Positions 1 to 10,441 are shown, numbered from the stretch's first letter. The stretch is DNA of 61,307 nucleotides from Bacillota bacterium (GCA_023416695.1 JAEZGY010000064.1:1-61307), one strand, 5' to 3'. Notes: generated from the letters alone by a model not told the origin. Numbers and translations are program-made.

Positions 1-106
1 TCTCATTTAAAGTTGTAGTTCAATTATTGCAATGCTATAATAGTTGCTATCAACATAGAAGCTACACTTTACATATAGAGAGTTTAAGTAGAAGAAAGGA
101 TGTACA

Positions 107-1135
107 ATGATGGGAAAGAAGAATATTGATTGGGAAAATCTCGGTTTTGGGTATATTAATACGGATCAGAGATATGTTGCAAATTATCGTAATGGTGCTT
201 GGGAAGAAGGCGAACTTACTACGGATGAGCAAGTAGTGATTAGCGAATGTGCTGGTGTCCTTCAATATGCCCAGACTATTTTTGAAGGGTTAAAGGCATA
301 TACTACCGAAGATGGTCGTGTTGTAACCTTCCGTCCTGATCTTAATGCAAAGCGTATGGCTGATTCTGCTAGGAGATTGGAGATGCCAGCGTTTCCAGAG
401 GACAAATTTGTTGAAGCTGTGGTTGAAGTAGTAAAGGCGAATAAAGACTATGTGCCACCTTATGGTTCTGGTGCAACTCTTTATATTCGTCCCTATATGT
501 TTGGAAGTAGTCCTGTTATAGGGGTAAAGCCTGCTGATGAATATCAATTCAGAGTATTTACCACTCCGGTTGGACCATATTTTAAAGGTGGGGTAAAACC
601 TCTTACTCTTTGTGTAAGCGATTTTGATCGTGCAGCTCCTCGTGGTACTGGAGACATTAAGGCTGGGCTTAATTATGCCATGAGCTTACATGCCATTCAA
701 ACCGCTCACCGCAATGGATTTGATGAAAATATGTACTTAGATGCAGCTACTAGAACAAAGGTTGAGGAAACTGGTGGAGCTAACTTTCTATTTGTATCTA
801 AGGATAACAAAATCATTATTCCACAGTCAGAGAGTATTTTACCATCTATTACACGCCGCTCTTTAGCTATAGTAGCCAAGGATTACTTAGGGCTAGAAGT
901 GGAAGAGAGAGAAGTATTCTTAAGTGAGATAGATGATTTTGCAGAGTGTGGCTTATGTGGAACTGCTGCAGTTATCTCTCCAGTTGGTAAGGTTGTTGAT
1001 CACGGTAAGGAAATCTGTTTCTCAAGTGGTATGACTAAGATGGGACCTATTACTAAGAAGCTGTATGATACTTTAACGGGAATTCAGATGGGAAGAATTA
1101 AAGCCCCTGAAGGTTGGATTAAAGTAATTGAATAA
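107..1135 (+). CDS. ilvE: Branched-chain amino acid aminotransferase (class IV aminotransferase)
   Basis: 342-aa ORF with strong full-length resemblance to IlvE (GFGYINTDQRY..., YIRPYMFGS, PYFKGG). RBS AAAGGA lies upstream. Confidence 0.85.
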   Translation: MMGKKNIDWENLGFGYINTDQRYVANYRNGAWEEGELTTDEQVVISECAGVLQYAQTIFEGLKAYTTEDGRVVTFRPDLNAKRMADSARRLEMPAFPEDKFVEAVVEVVKANKDYVPPYGSGATLYIRPYMFGSSPVIGVKPADEYQFRVFTTPVGPYFKGGVKPLTLCVSDFDRAAPRGTGDIKAGLNYAMSLHAIQTAHRNGFDENMYLDAATRTKVEETGGANFLFVSKDNKIIIPQSESILPSITRRSLAIVAKDYLGLEVEEREVFLSEIDDFAECGLCGTAAVISPVGKVVDHGKEICFSSGMTKMGPITKKLYDTLTGIQMGRIKAPEGWIKVIE

Positions 1136-1231
1136 AATATAAAGTAGATAAGAAGATTGTCATAGCAATGTGTATCCGTAAAGTATAGCTTATGGGTGAG
1201 GGTACGCTGTGACAATTTTTTTTGTGTATAT

Positions 1232-1283
1232 TTTTACAAAAGAATTTATAATATTTTACATTCACAAGCATATGGATTTTACA
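1232..1283 (+). promoter_or_regulatory. Three direct TTTACA hexamers at 22-23-bp spacing (Pho-box-like) upstream of pstS copy 1
   Basis: TTTACA at 1233, 1255 and 1278, read directly. PhoP boxes in Firmicutes are TT(A/T/C)ACA direct repeats on one helix face. Confidence 0.35.
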
Positions 1284-1348
1284 TAGTGAGTTTATGATAC
1301 AGACATAGGTTAAGAAACCTGAAATACATAAATATGGAGGAGTAGTTT

Positions 1349-2281
1349 ATGAAGAAGAATATTAGTCTTTTATTAACAGTGAAACGAATGAAAAAGGGGA
1401 TTGCGATGCTTGGAACCTTTGCACTGGTTATCAGTAGTTTGACAGCATGCACAAAGGAGAGTAGTACAAAGGACAATACATCTAGTAAGTTCGACCCTAC
1501 CCATGCAATTACGGTAATATCCAGGGAAGATGGTTCTGGAACAAGAGGAGCATTTATTGAATTATTTGGCATTGAAGAAAAGAATGCAGACGGAACCAAA
1601 GTAGACCATACCACAGAGGATTCAACTATAACCAATAATACAGTAACCATGATGACTACAGTAGCTAATTCTATATACTCTGTTGGCTATGTATCACTAG
1701 GTTCCCTAGATGATACGATAAAAGCAGTAAAGATTGATGGAGTAGAAGCAAGTGCAGAACATGTTAAAGCTGGTACCTACAAAATTGTTAGACCTTTTAA
1801 TATTGTCACAAAATCTGAGATAAGTGAGGTCTCAAAAGATTTTATCAATTTTATACTAAGTACAGAGGGCCAAAAGGTAGTAGCAGACAACGGTTACATT
1901 GCACTAGATCAGGGATCAACCTTTACTAGTAGTAAGGTAGCTGGCAAAGTAATTGTTGCAGGTTCTTCCAGTGTATCCCCAGTAATGGAGAAGCTAAAGG
2001 AAGCTTATATGGAAATCAATCCTTCTGCTACAGTAGAAGTACAAACAAGTGATTCCACTACAGGGGTAACCCAAACAATTGACGGAACATGTGACATCGG
2101 TATGGCTTCTAGAGAATTAAAGGATAGTGAAAAAGAGAAAGGTGTTACGAGTACTGTAATAGCTAAGGATGGAATTGCAGTTATTGTGAATAATAGTTCT
2201 CCCGTAACAGACTTAACTAAGGCTCAAGTAAAAAGCATCTTTACAGGTGAATTCCTTAATTGGGATGAAGTAATCAAATAG
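1349..2281 (+). CDS. pstS: Phosphate ABC transporter substrate-binding lipoprotein, PstS family (copy 1)
   Basis: Signal peptide with lipobox (LTAC). Motifs SREDGSGTRGAF and VAGSSSVSPVMEKL are typical of PstS. GGAGGA RBS. A paralog lies at 6244. Confidence 0.75.
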   Translation: MKKNISLLLTVKRMKKGIAMLGTFALVISSLTACTKESSTKDNTSSKFDPTHAITVISREDGSGTRGAFIELFGIEEKNADGTKVDHTTEDSTITNNTVTMMTTVANSIYSVGYVSLGSLDDTIKAVKIDGVEASAEHVKAGTYKIVRPFNIVTKSEISEVSKDFINFILSTEGQKVVADNGYIALDQGSTFTSSKVAGKVIVAGSSSVSPVMEKLKEAYMEINPSATVEVQTSDSTTGVTQTIDGTCDIGMASRELKDSEKEKGVTSTVIAKDGIAVIVNNSSPVTDLTKAQVKSIFTGEFLNWDEVIK

Positions 2282-2350
2282 GTTGTGCTAAATAAATAAA
2301 TAATATAGTGCCCCCTAGTAAAGTAAAGTAATTTACTTTCTAAGTATACC

Positions 2351-2383
2351 AATGACTCTATTTTGTGATAAAATAGAGTCATT
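2351..2383. terminator. Perfect 14-bp inverted repeat (AATGACTCTATTTT / AAAATAGAGTCATT, 5-nt loop) between pstS1 and xth
   Basis: Read directly. Followed by only a weak T-tract (cttatgtatt), so it could be a terminator or an operator. Confidence 0.4.
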
Positions 2384-2421
2384 CTTATGTATTAAATATA
2401 ATTAAGGATTGGAGAATACGA

Positions 2422-3174
2422 ATGAAATTAATATCATGGAATGTAAATGGAATACGCGCCTGTGTTGGTAAGGGCTTTCTTGATTATTTTAAACAGGTTG
2501 ATGCTGATATATTTTGTATACAGGAAAGTAAGGTTTCTGAAGGACAGGTAGTATTAGAACTTGATGGATATCACCAATATTGGAATTATGCAGAGAAAAA
2601 AGGGTACTCTGGTACTGCTATATTTACTAAGACAAAACCTCATTCTGTGTCCTATGGGATTGGGATTGAGGAACACGACCATGAGGGAAGGGTGATTACT
2701 GCAGAATTCGAAGAGTATTATGTAGTAACCGTGTATACCCCTAATTCTCAGGATGGGTTAAAACGTTTAGATTACCGCATGGAATGGGAGGATGCTTTCT
2801 TAACTTATTTAAAGGGTTTGGAAGAGAAGAAGCCTGTCATTTTCTGTGGGGATCTTAATGTGGCTCACAAGGAAATTGATCTAAAGAATCCCAAAACAAA
2901 TCGTAAGAATGCAGGCTTTTCTGATGAAGAAAGGGCAAAGATGACTGCACTACAAGAGGCAGGGTTTATCGATACCTTCCGATACTTCTATCCTGATTTA
3001 GAGGGTGCGTACTCTTGGTGGTCCTACCGTTTTAGCGCTCGTGCAAAGAATGCGGGATGGCGTATCGATTATTTTCTCGTATCTAAGCAGTTAGAGAATC
3101 GTTTAGTGAATGCTGCTATTCATACAGAGGTTATGGGAAGTGATCACTGCCCAGTAGAGCTTATTATACAGTAA
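2422..3174 (+). CDS. xth: Exodeoxyribonuclease III (AP endonuclease, Xth family)
   Basis: [13 protein letters not shown] start. Motifs DIFCIQE, YWWSYR and GSDHCP are typical of ExoIII. Confidence 0.85.
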   Translation: MKLISWNVNGIRACVGKGFLDYFKQVDADIFCIQESKVSEGQVVLELDGYHQYWNYAEKKGYSGTAIFTKTKPHSVSYGIGIEEHDHEGRVITAEFEEYYVVTVYTPNSQDGLKRLDYRMEWEDAFLTYLKGLEEKKPVIFCGDLNVAHKEIDLKNPKTNRKNAGFSDEERAKMTALQEAGFIDTFRYFYPDLEGAYSWWSYRFSARAKNAGWRIDYFLVSKQLENRLVNAAIHTEVMGSDHCPVELIIQ

Positions 3175-3189
3175 TAAGGAGGATTAACC

Positions 3190-3372
3190 ATGAAGGGAAA
3201 GACCAATTGTGAATGTTGTCTTAATTACATTTATGATGAAGATTATGACTGTATGATATGTGATATGGATCTAGACGAAGATGAGATGGCTAAATACCTT
3301 ACATCCACCTTTGATCATTGTCCTTATTATAAGATAAATGATGAATATAGGATTGTTCGAAAACAAATGTAG
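3190..3372 (+). CDS. Small acidic Cys-rich protein (CxCC...CxxC, zinc-ribbon-like), function unknown
   Basis: 60-aa ORF. A strong AAGGAGGA RBS sits 15 nt after the xth stop, so it is translationally coupled. Seven Cys residues. Confidence 0.5.
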   Translation: MKGKTNCECCLNYIYDEDYDCMICDMDLDEDEMAKYLTSTFDHCPYYKINDEYRIVRKQM

Positions 3373-3456
3373 AGGATAAACATTTTCATTTTTATTCTTA
3401 TTGTGATACAATAGCCTTTAACATAAGGAGTATTAGGAGAGAAGGAGATGGTCAAT

Positions 3457-4290
3457 ATGTTTGTCGATTTACACAACCATAGTAACTACTCTGACGGAAC
3501 GATGTCACCCCAGGAAATCTTAAGGGCTGCCAAAAAAGCTCATGTATCGATACTAGCTATCACAGATCATGATGTGTTAGATGGCTCCCGTGAACTTTTA
3601 AAGCTCAGTGAAAAGGACAATATCCATGTTATTTCTGGTGTAGAGATTAATGCATTGGAGGGAAAGGATAATATCCATGTACTAGGGTATGGGGTGGATT
3701 TAGAGAATAAAGTTTTTTGTGAGAGGTTAGAGGAAAATAGACGGAAGTTAGATGAAATAAGCATCATAATGATAGGTAAGATGGAGGCGGCCGGCTGCTC
3801 AGTATCTATAGAAGAATTTAACAAACAGAGCTACAACCAAGAACTTGGCGGGTGGAAAGCTTTGTATTATCTAATGGACAAAGGAATTACTAGGAGCTTA
3901 ACAGAAGGCTTTGCTCTTTATGAGAAGTATGAGTGTGGTTACGATATTGTAGATTTTCCCAGTGTAAGAGAGGTTGTTCGTTGGATTCATCAAGCGGGAG
4001 GTATTGCTATTTTAGCTCATCCAGGAGTATCACTTCTAAAGGAGGATATGACGTTACCACAGTTTGGCATAAAACTTGAGGAGTATCTTAGTTTTGGTAT
4101 AGATGGTGTAGAATGCTATTATCCAAAGCATTCTAATGATATTACAAATATCTGCCTTGATATATGTAGAAAGCATGGACTTTCTATTACTTCAGGCTCA
4201 GACTGCCATGGAACATTTCAAAAATCTAGAATAGGGGAGCTAAGAATGAGACTAGAGTATTTACAACTTCCAGCTTGTCTACTGAAATAA
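3457..4290 (+). CDS. PHP-domain phosphoesterase (polymerase/histidinol-phosphatase family)
   Basis: FVDLHNHSNYSDG ... AITDHD ... AHPG are PHP metal-binding motifs. The start is moved to the second ATG (3457) for RBS spacing. Confidence 0.7.
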   Translation: MFVDLHNHSNYSDGTMSPQEILRAAKKAHVSILAITDHDVLDGSRELLKLSEKDNIHVISGVEINALEGKDNIHVLGYGVDLENKVFCERLEENRRKLDEISIIMIGKMEAAGCSVSIEEFNKQSYNQELGGWKALYYLMDKGITRSLTEGFALYEKYECGYDIVDFPSVREVVRWIHQAGGIAILAHPGVSLLKEDMTLPQFGIKLEEYLSFGIDGVECYYPKHSNDITNICLDICRKHGLSITSGSDCHGTFQKSRIGELRMRLEYLQLPACLLK

Positions 4291-4307
4291 AATTAAGGGA
4301 TGTTATT

Positions 4308-5096
4308 ATGAAGAATTTTAAAATAATACTAATACTTTTTGTAGTACAGACTTTCTATATGGCGACTATTCTGCTATCCTGTGTATGGGATAGTACTATG
4401 TTTATGGCCCTTAGGGTGCTCACGTACTTTACGTGGGGGTTTTCCCTTTATGTAGTCAGTCATAGTATTAGAAGATATGAACGATCTAAAAAGAATAGAA
4501 GAAGGAGTTTTATTATTTATGCCATAGGCTGTATTTCCGTCCTTACTGCTCAATTTATTTCTGCAGCAAAGCCATCTTTTATGATCGCCTTAATTTTCAC
4601 TATATTTTTATTTGTCATTTATTTGGTAGAACTTGTGCTTGTGTTTGATATTAGAAAAAGTATGGTAGATGAGATTATACTGGAATTAGAAAACAATCCA
4701 AATAAAGAGTTATTTGAAGGGAACACGAAGGAAAGACATATTAATAATCATAGTCTTTTGGTAACTGCTCTGTTCTTTGGATTATTGTTTACCTATCTTG
4801 GTGTCCCAATTCTATGTAGTCAAGACTATTTTCTGGGTACTAAGGCGTTGATTTTCCTATACGCTTGGGATATAGCCATCCTGCTTATGAGATTGTATGT
4901 AGTAAGAAAGGGATTTTCTATGTTTTTGAAGGAGATTCTATGCTTTCAAGTAAGTATGATGTGCCTATCCATTGGTATTTCAAGATTGGACTTAGCTATG
5001 GAGCAGACTATTTTTCAATTGTTTTGTATTCTCTTTATTACACCAATTATTTATGACATGGTAAGAGATATCAGAAGAGTATCTAAAGGGAAATAA
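4308..5096 (+). CDS. Polytopic membrane protein, function unknown
   Basis: Multiple hydrophobic helices. AAGGGA RBS 7 nt before ATG 4308. The ORF-track start at 4275 overlaps the PHP gene. Confidence 0.45.
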   Translation: MKNFKIILILFVVQTFYMATILLSCVWDSTMFMALRVLTYFTWGFSLYVVSHSIRRYERSKKNRRRSFIIYAIGCISVLTAQFISAAKPSFMIALIFTIFLFVIYLVELVLVFDIRKSMVDEIILELENNPNKELFEGNTKERHINNHSLLVTALFFGLLFTYLGVPILCSQDYFLGTKALIFLYAWDIAILLMRLYVVRKGFSMFLKEILCFQVSMMCLSIGISRLDLAMEQTIFQLFCILFITPIIYDMVRDIRRVSKGK

Positions 5097-5177
5097 CATG
5101 TAATTTACTTTTAATATGACGATATTATTGTAAAGAAATATACTTCTTTGTTAGTGAGAAGATTGGTGGTGAAGGCC

Positions 5178-6017
5178 ATGAAAAAACGTAAAGAAAAACA
5201 GAAAAGAGCAATGGTATGGTTTGTACTGTTCGTAATAATCTTGGCACTGGATTTGTATTTTGTAAAATCTTTTATAGAGGATAGTGTCGTTGCCAACACA
5301 GATGATTATTTATCAGAGGATGTTATGATTAATGAAGCCAACACAGATAATCTTAGTGGTAAGGATGCTACAGGCCAGAGTCAAGGAGCTATTGCGGGAA
5401 GTAATAATAAGGTGTTACTAGATGTACCTTATATTAATCAAACCAAGCATTATATCAATGCCTGTGAAAGTATTTCTACGGTTATGGCCTTACAGTATCT
5501 AGGGATTGATATTAGTGTAGATGATTTCATTAATAAATACTTGGATATAGGGGAAGTTCCATATCACGATAAGAATGGCGTATATATCGGTAGTAGTCCA
5601 TGGGAAGTGTTTCCTGGAAATCCAAGGGATGAAACTGGCTGGGGTTGTTATGCCCCTGTAATCGTAAACGCTCTAAACAAGTTTATAGATAAAGATACTT
5701 ATGATGTGCAGGAGTTATATAATGAAAGAATTACAACACTTTGCTCCGAGTATATTGATAATGGGATTCCAGTTATCTTTTGGGCTACCATAAACATGCA
5801 GGCGCCTTATAAGGGTTCGACCTGGAAACTGAAAGATAGTGAGGGAGATTTTACATGGATTCGGCCCATGCATTGTGTCCTTTTAGTAGGATATGATGAT
5901 GAATATTACTATTTTAATGATCCTTGGGAGAAAAAAGCTTGTAAGTATAAGAAGGCTATTGTGGAGAGAGCCTATAGAGGAATGTATCAGCAAGCGGTTG
6001 TTGTAACCAAAAAATAA
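5178..6017 (+). CDS. Membrane-anchored C39-like (papain-fold) peptidase domain protein, YvpB-like
   Basis: N-terminal TM anchor. Candidate catalytic Cys lies in YINQ...NACESISTVMALQYLG and His in RPMHCVLLVGYDD...NDPW, the pattern of the Peptidase_C39_2 family. The start is uncertain: the ORF-track start at 5148 is TTG, and 5178 is the first ATG. Confidence 0.5.
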   Translation: MKKRKEKQKRAMVWFVLFVIILALDLYFVKSFIEDSVVANTDDYLSEDVMINEANTDNLSGKDATGQSQGAIAGSNNKVLLDVPYINQTKHYINACESISTVMALQYLGIDISVDDFINKYLDIGEVPYHDKNGVYIGSSPWEVFPGNPRDETGWGCYAPVIVNALNKFIDKDTYDVQELYNERITTLCSEYIDNGIPVIFWATINMQAPYKGSTWKLKDSEGDFTWIRPMHCVLLVGYDDEYYYFNDPWEKKACKYKKAIVERAYRGMYQQAVVVTKK

Positions 6018-6040
6018 AGTCGTGAGAAATGAAATAGAAA

Positions 6041-6088
6041 GAGGACAGGATAAGCATAGCGTTTGCTTATCCTGTCCTCTTTGCATTT
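6041..6088 (+). terminator. Rho-independent terminator (GAGGACAGGATAAGC ... GCTTATCCTGTCCTC followed by TTTGCATTT)
   Basis: 15-bp stem read directly, placed after the peptidase gene. Confidence 0.6.
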
Positions 6089-6139
6089 AGAAATAACTGA
6101 ATCAAATAATATAGTATGCCAAATCTTGCCCTTTAGCAT

Positions 6140-6220
6140 TCATACTTACAATAATTTTACATAAATTTTACTTAGACTGACCTTTGTAATTTACATAATA
6201 ATATTACAGTTTACTTAGAC
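6140..6220 (+). promoter_or_regulatory. Array of TT(A/T/C)ACA hexamers at about 11-bp periodicity (Pho-box-like) upstream of pstS copy 2
   Basis: cTTACA 6145, TTTACA 6156, TTTTAC 6166, TTTACA 6190, ATTACA 6203, TTTACT 6210. The TTTACTTAGAC 11-mer occurs twice (6167 and 6210). Confidence 0.4.
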
Positions 6221-6243
6221 AAGGGCTAAGGGAGGATGAAATT

Positions 6244-7110
6244 ATGAAATGCAAATTACTTGCTTGCATTATGGTAGTCGGTCTAAGTGCAGTTATGCTT
6301 ACTAGTTGTTCTAAAAAAGAATTTCAAACTGCAACTGCTATCTCTACGGTTTCTAGGGAAGGCGGTTCTGGTACTAGAAGTGCTTTTTCTGATTTGTTTC
6401 AATTGATTGAGAAAAAAGACAATGGACATAAAACAGATTTAACTACAGAAGAGGCGATAATTGTAAATAAAACTGGTGTTATGATGGTTAACGTGGCAGG
6501 TGATCAGTATGCCATAGGATATATTTCACTTGGATCTTTAAATGATTCTGTCAAGGCTTTAGAAATAGATGGAGTAATGCCTTCTGTAGATAATATAAAG
6601 GATGGTAGCTACACCATTGCAAGACCATTTTATATAGCGGCAAAGGAAGGGCTATCTACTCAGGGGAAAGATTTTGTGAACTTTATTTTAAGTGAAGAAG
6701 GACAAAAAATTGTAGAGGAGAGTCACTACATCCCTTTTGTAGAGGATCCCAAGCCATACAAACCACAAGATGTTAAGGGTGAGTTGGTCATTGCAGGCTC
6801 CTCCTCTGTTACACCAGTTATGGAAAAATTAAAAGAAGCCTATGAAGAATTAAATAAAGACGTTACATTAGAAGTTCAACAAAATGACTCTACAACGGGA
6901 CTTCAGTCTTGCATCACAGGCATATGTGATATAGCAATGTCTTCTAGAGAATTAACAGACAATGAATTAAAGGAGTTAACTCCTGTTAAGATTGCCTTAG
7001 ATGGGATTGCTATTATTGTAAACAAAGGAAATCCAATAATGGGATTAACAAAGGATCAGGTAAGAGAAATCTTTACTGGGGAGGTGACAACATGGCAGGA
7101 AACGAACTAA
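6244..7110 (+). CDS. pstS: Phosphate ABC transporter substrate-binding lipoprotein PstS (copy 2)
   Basis: Lipobox LTSC. Domain pattern parallels the ORF at 1349 (SREGGSGTRSAF, AGSSSVTPVMEKLKEAY). It sits first in the pstSCAB-phoU operon. Confidence 0.8.
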   Translation: MKCKLLACIMVVGLSAVMLTSCSKKEFQTATAISTVSREGGSGTRSAFSDLFQLIEKKDNGHKTDLTTEEAIIVNKTGVMMVNVAGDQYAIGYISLGSLNDSVKALEIDGVMPSVDNIKDGSYTIARPFYIAAKEGLSTQGKDFVNFILSEEGQKIVEESHYIPFVEDPKPYKPQDVKGELVIAGSSSVTPVMEKLKEAYEELNKDVTLEVQQNDSTTGLQSCITGICDIAMSSRELTDNELKELTPVKIALDGIAIIVNKGNPIMGLTKDQVREIFTGEVTTWQETN

Positions 7111-8024
7111 CAATGAAGAAAATTACATCAAGTGAAAAAGAAGAAAAGAAGTTAAAAAGTTATAGAAGAAAAGCATTAAAGGAGAGACTGGCTAAGTATA
7201 TGTTTTTACTAGCAGCGTTAGTTAGTATACTTGCAGTTGGATTGATTTGTGTTTTTCTTATTGTAAATGGTATTCCAGCCATGAGAAAAATTGGACTCTT
7301 TGATTTCTTATTAGGAGAGAAGTGGAAGCCAAGTGATGTCCCAGCTTCTTACGGCATTTTCCCATTTATTCTTGGAAGTATTTATATTACGGCAGGAGCA
7401 GTACTTATTGGTGTACCTATTGGAATTTTAACCGCTGTGTTTATGGCTAAGTTTTGCCCAAAGAGGATTTATAGAGTAATGAAATCCGCCATAGATTTAC
7501 TGGCTGGGATTCCATCTATCGTATATGGGTTCTTTGGAATTATGATTATTGTGCCTTTTGTCAGCAATGTGTTTGGAGGCAATGGCAACAGTATACTAAC
7601 CGCATCCCTATTACTTGGAATTATGATACTCCCTACCATTGTTAGTGTTAGTGAGGCAGCAATTCGTGCAGTGCCTGACAGCTATTATGAGGGCGCATTA
7701 GCTCTTGGAGCAAGTCATGAAAGAAGTGTGTTCTTTGCGGTGTTACCTGCAGCAAAATCTGGTATACTTGCAGCAGTGATTTTAGGAATTGGAAGGGCTA
7801 TTGGAGAAACCATGGCAGTTATTATGGTAGCTGGTAATCAGACTAGAATGCCTAGTGGAATTCTAAATGGGATTCGAACCATGACTGCAAATATTGTCAT
7901 TGAAATGGGATATGCAGCTGATTTGCACAGAGAAGCCCTAATTGCAACAGCAGTAGTTTTGTTTGTATTCATTCTTATCATTAACTTAAGTTTCTCCCTA
8001 ATTAAAAGGAGGAGCAATCTATGA
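7092..8024 (+). CDS. pstC: Phosphate ABC transporter permease PstC
   Basis: Six-TM permease with the EAA-like loop region. GGGGAGGTG RBS before ATG 7092. Overlaps the pstS stop by 19 nt. Confidence 0.85.
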   Translation: MAGNELTMKKITSSEKEEKKLKSYRRKALKERLAKYMFLLAALVSILAVGLICVFLIVNGIPAMRKIGLFDFLLGEKWKPSDVPASYGIFPFILGSIYITAGAVLIGVPIGILTAVFMAKFCPKRIYRVMKSAIDLLAGIPSIVYGFFGIMIIVPFVSNVFGGNGNSILTASLLLGIMILPTIVSVSEAAIRAVPDSYYEGALALGASHERSVFFAVLPAAKSGILAAVILGIGRAIGETMAVIMVAGNQTRMPSGILNGIRTMTANIVIEMGYAADLHREALIATAVVLFVFILIINLSFSLIKRRSNL

Positions 8025-8881
8025 AGATAAAAGAAGTTAGTAGTAAAAAACAAAACAATACGCATATAGATTGGGTTTCTGTATTGCTTCGTGGAGGAGT
8101 AATATTTTCTGCAGCTGTTACGGTAACCGTGTTGGTGTTTATTATTTTATATATACTCATTCGAGGTGTGCCACATCTCTCACCAAAGCTGTTTGCATTA
8201 GAGTACAATTCAAGTAACTTATCCTTATTACCAGCTTTAATTAACACATTTCTTATTACTGGTATATCCTTATTGTTTGCTGTTCCTATTGGTATTTTCT
8301 CTGCCATCTATCTAGTTGAGTATGCTAAAAGAGGGAATAAGGTAGTAGGGATTATACGGATTACTTCAGAGACGTTATCTGGAATACCATCCATCGTGTA
8401 CGGTTTATTTGGAATGTTGTTTTTTGTAACTGCACTAAAGTGGAAGATTTCTATTTTGTCTGGTGCAGCCACTTTAGCAATTATGGTACTTCCTCTAATT
8501 ATGAGAACTACCGAAGAGGCACTAAAGGCTGTGCCAGATTCCTTTAGAGAGGGAAGTTTTGGTTTGGGGGCAGGACGTCTTAGAACAGTATTTCGCATAG
8601 TTCTTCCAGCCGCAGCCCCAGGTATCCTATCTGGTATTATTTTATCTGTGGGTCGTATAGTAGGAGAATCTGCAGCGCTTATCTTCACTGCGGGAAGTGT
8701 AGCCGAATTGCCTAAGAGTCTATTTGATTCAGGAAGAACCTTAGCTGTCCACCTATATAACTTATCCAGTGAAGGATTACATGTAGATGAGGCCTTTGCT
8801 ACAGCTGTAGTATTACTGGTTCTTGTAGTATTTATTAACTGGGGTTCAAGAAAATTAGCAAAGTGCCTGACAAAAGCCTAA
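8021..8881 (+). CDS. pstA: Phosphate ABC transporter permease PstA
   Basis: Permease paralog placed after pstC. GGAGGAG RBS. 4-nt overlap with pstC. Confidence 0.85.
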   Translation: MKIKEVSSKKQNNTHIDWVSVLLRGGVIFSAAVTVTVLVFIILYILIRGVPHLSPKLFALEYNSSNLSLLPALINTFLITGISLLFAVPIGIFSAIYLVEYAKRGNKVVGIIRITSETLSGIPSIVYGLFGMLFFVTALKWKISILSGAATLAIMVLPLIMRTTEEALKAVPDSFREGSFGLGAGRLRTVFRIVLPAAAPGILSGIILSVGRIVGESAALIFTAGSVAELPKSLFDSGRTLAVHLYNLSSEGLHVDEAFATAVVLLVLVVFINWGSRKLAKCLTKA

Positions 8882-8908
8882 GCTTAGTCATGATAGGAGA
8901 GAATGAGT

Positions 8909-9670
8909 ATGATGAAACAACAAAATAAGATCGAAATATCTGGTCTGGATTTATATTATAGTGATTTTCACGCCTTAAAGAATATTGATTTAAATATTAA
9001 AGCTGGAGAGATAACAGCATTTATTGGACCATCTGGTTGTGGTAAGTCTACCTTACTAAAATCCCTTAATCGTATGAATGATTTAGTAGAAGGATGTAAG
9101 ATTACTGGAAAGGTACTGTTAGATGGAGAAAATATATATGAAGGGATGGATTTAAACCTACTAAGAAAAAGAGTAGGTATGGTATTTCAAAAACCTAATC
9201 CATTTCCTATGAGTGTATATGATAATATAGCTTTTGGACCAAGAACTCATGGGATAAAAAACAAAACAGAATTAGATGAAATAGTGGAAACCTCTCTAAG
9301 AAATGCTGCTATTTGGGATGAGGTGAAGGATCGATTAAAGAAAAGTGCCCTAGGACTTTCTGGTGGGCAACAGCAACGTATTTGTATTGCAAGAGCGTTG
9401 GCTATACAACCAGAAGTGATTTTAATGGATGAACCAACTTCAGCCCTAGATCCAATTTCAACTTCTAAGATAGAAGACCTAGTATTAGAGCTGAAGAAAG
9501 ATTATACTATAGTTATGGTTACTCATAATATGCAGCAGGCTACTAGAGTATCTGATACAACTGTATTTTTCCTTATGGGAGAAATTGTGGAGTACGGAAA
9601 TACAGAGGATTTGTTTGCTATGCCAAAGAATAAGAAGACTGAAGATTATATTACAGGGAGGTTTGGTTGA
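8909..9670 (+). CDS. pstB: Phosphate import ATP-binding protein PstB
   Basis: Walker [10 protein letters not shown], signature LSGGQQQR, Walker [12 protein letters not shown]. The start is moved to 8909 for RBS spacing (the track gives 8903). Confidence 0.9.
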   Translation: MMKQQNKIEISGLDLYYSDFHALKNIDLNIKAGEITAFIGPSGCGKSTLLKSLNRMNDLVEGCKITGKVLLDGENIYEGMDLNLLRKRVGMVFQKPNPFPMSVYDNIAFGPRTHGIKNKTELDEIVETSLRNAAIWDEVKDRLKKSALGLSGGQQQRICIARALAIQPEVILMDEPTSALDPISTSKIEDLVLELKKDYTIVMVTHNMQQATRVSDTTVFFLMGEIVEYGNTEDLFAMPKNKKTEDYITGRFG

Positions 9671-10320
9671 TGAGAAATCGTTTTGATCGACAATTGGAAT
9701 TATTAAACAGTGAGTTAACGCAAATGGGTTGTTTAATTGAGCAAGCTATCGAAATAGCGGTAAATGCTCTAGTCCATCAGGATGTAGAAAAGGCAAACCA
9801 GGCGATTAAGTTTGATGATGAAATAGACCGACAAGAAAGGGATATCGAGTCCCTATGCATGAAGCTTTTATTACAGCAACAACCAGTAGCAAAGGATTTA
9901 CGCCTGATTTCAGCAGCTCTTAAGATGATTACTGATATGGAGAGAATTGGGGATCATGCTCAGGACATTTCTGAAATCACTATTTTATTAGCAGGTAAAC
10001 CATATTTTAACAACCTAAAATATATTCAGGATATGGCAAAGGAAACTATCGTAATGGTAGTAAACAGTATTGAAGCCTTTGTTCAGAGTAATATTGATAT
10101 TGCTGAGGAAGTGATTGCCCATGATGATATCGTGGATGATTTATTTGATCAGTTAAAGCAAGAAATCATCAATGTTATAGGTAGCCATCCAGAACACGCA
10201 GAACAGGCAACTGATTTACTTATGATTGGTAAGTACTTCGAGCGAATCGGAGATCATGCTACCAATATTGCGGAGTGGGTTATTTTCTCCATCAACGGAA
10301 TACACGAGGACAAAAATTAA
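9667..10320 (+). CDS. phoU: Phosphate signalling complex protein PhoU
   Basis: Two PhoU repeats (E..D..I..ERIGDHA occurs twice). GGGAGG RBS. Confidence 0.85.
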   Translation: MMRNRFDRQLELLNSELTQMGCLIEQAIEIAVNALVHQDVEKANQAIKFDDEIDRQERDIESLCMKLLLQQQPVAKDLRLISAALKMITDMERIGDHAQDISEITILLAGKPYFNNLKYIQDMAKETIVMVVNSIEAFVQSNIDIAEEVIAHDDIVDDLFDQLKQEIINVIGSHPEHAEQATDLLMIGKYFERIGDHATNIAEWVIFSINGIHEDKN

Positions 10321-10441
10321 TAATTACGCTTCACAGGGTGGCTTTCGTGTATCGAATTGCCACTTTGTTTTACTATATAGACTAATTATGTTAAAATACA
10401 AGCAAATGGTATGATGTTTGATATTGGAAGGAGCATTAGCT

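Noticed and set aside
1279-1650. Numerous 60-130-aa antisense or alternative-frame ORFs in the six-frame track
   Set aside because: Examples include 290-547, 1279-1650, 3567-3824, 8002-8688, 11719-12048, 12752-13084, 21424-21750, 39615-39908, 40314-40595, 42214-42552, 44050-44772, 53817-54215 and 56753-57067. Each lies inside a strongly supported gene on the other strand or frame. They give low-complexity translations and have no RBS. They are typical AT-rich-genome artefacts.
10226-10414. 62-aa ORF overlapping the phoU 3' end and intergenic region
   Set aside because: Out-of-frame overlap with phoU and no RBS. The intergenic region is better explained by the phoPR promoter (TTTACT-17-TAAAAT).
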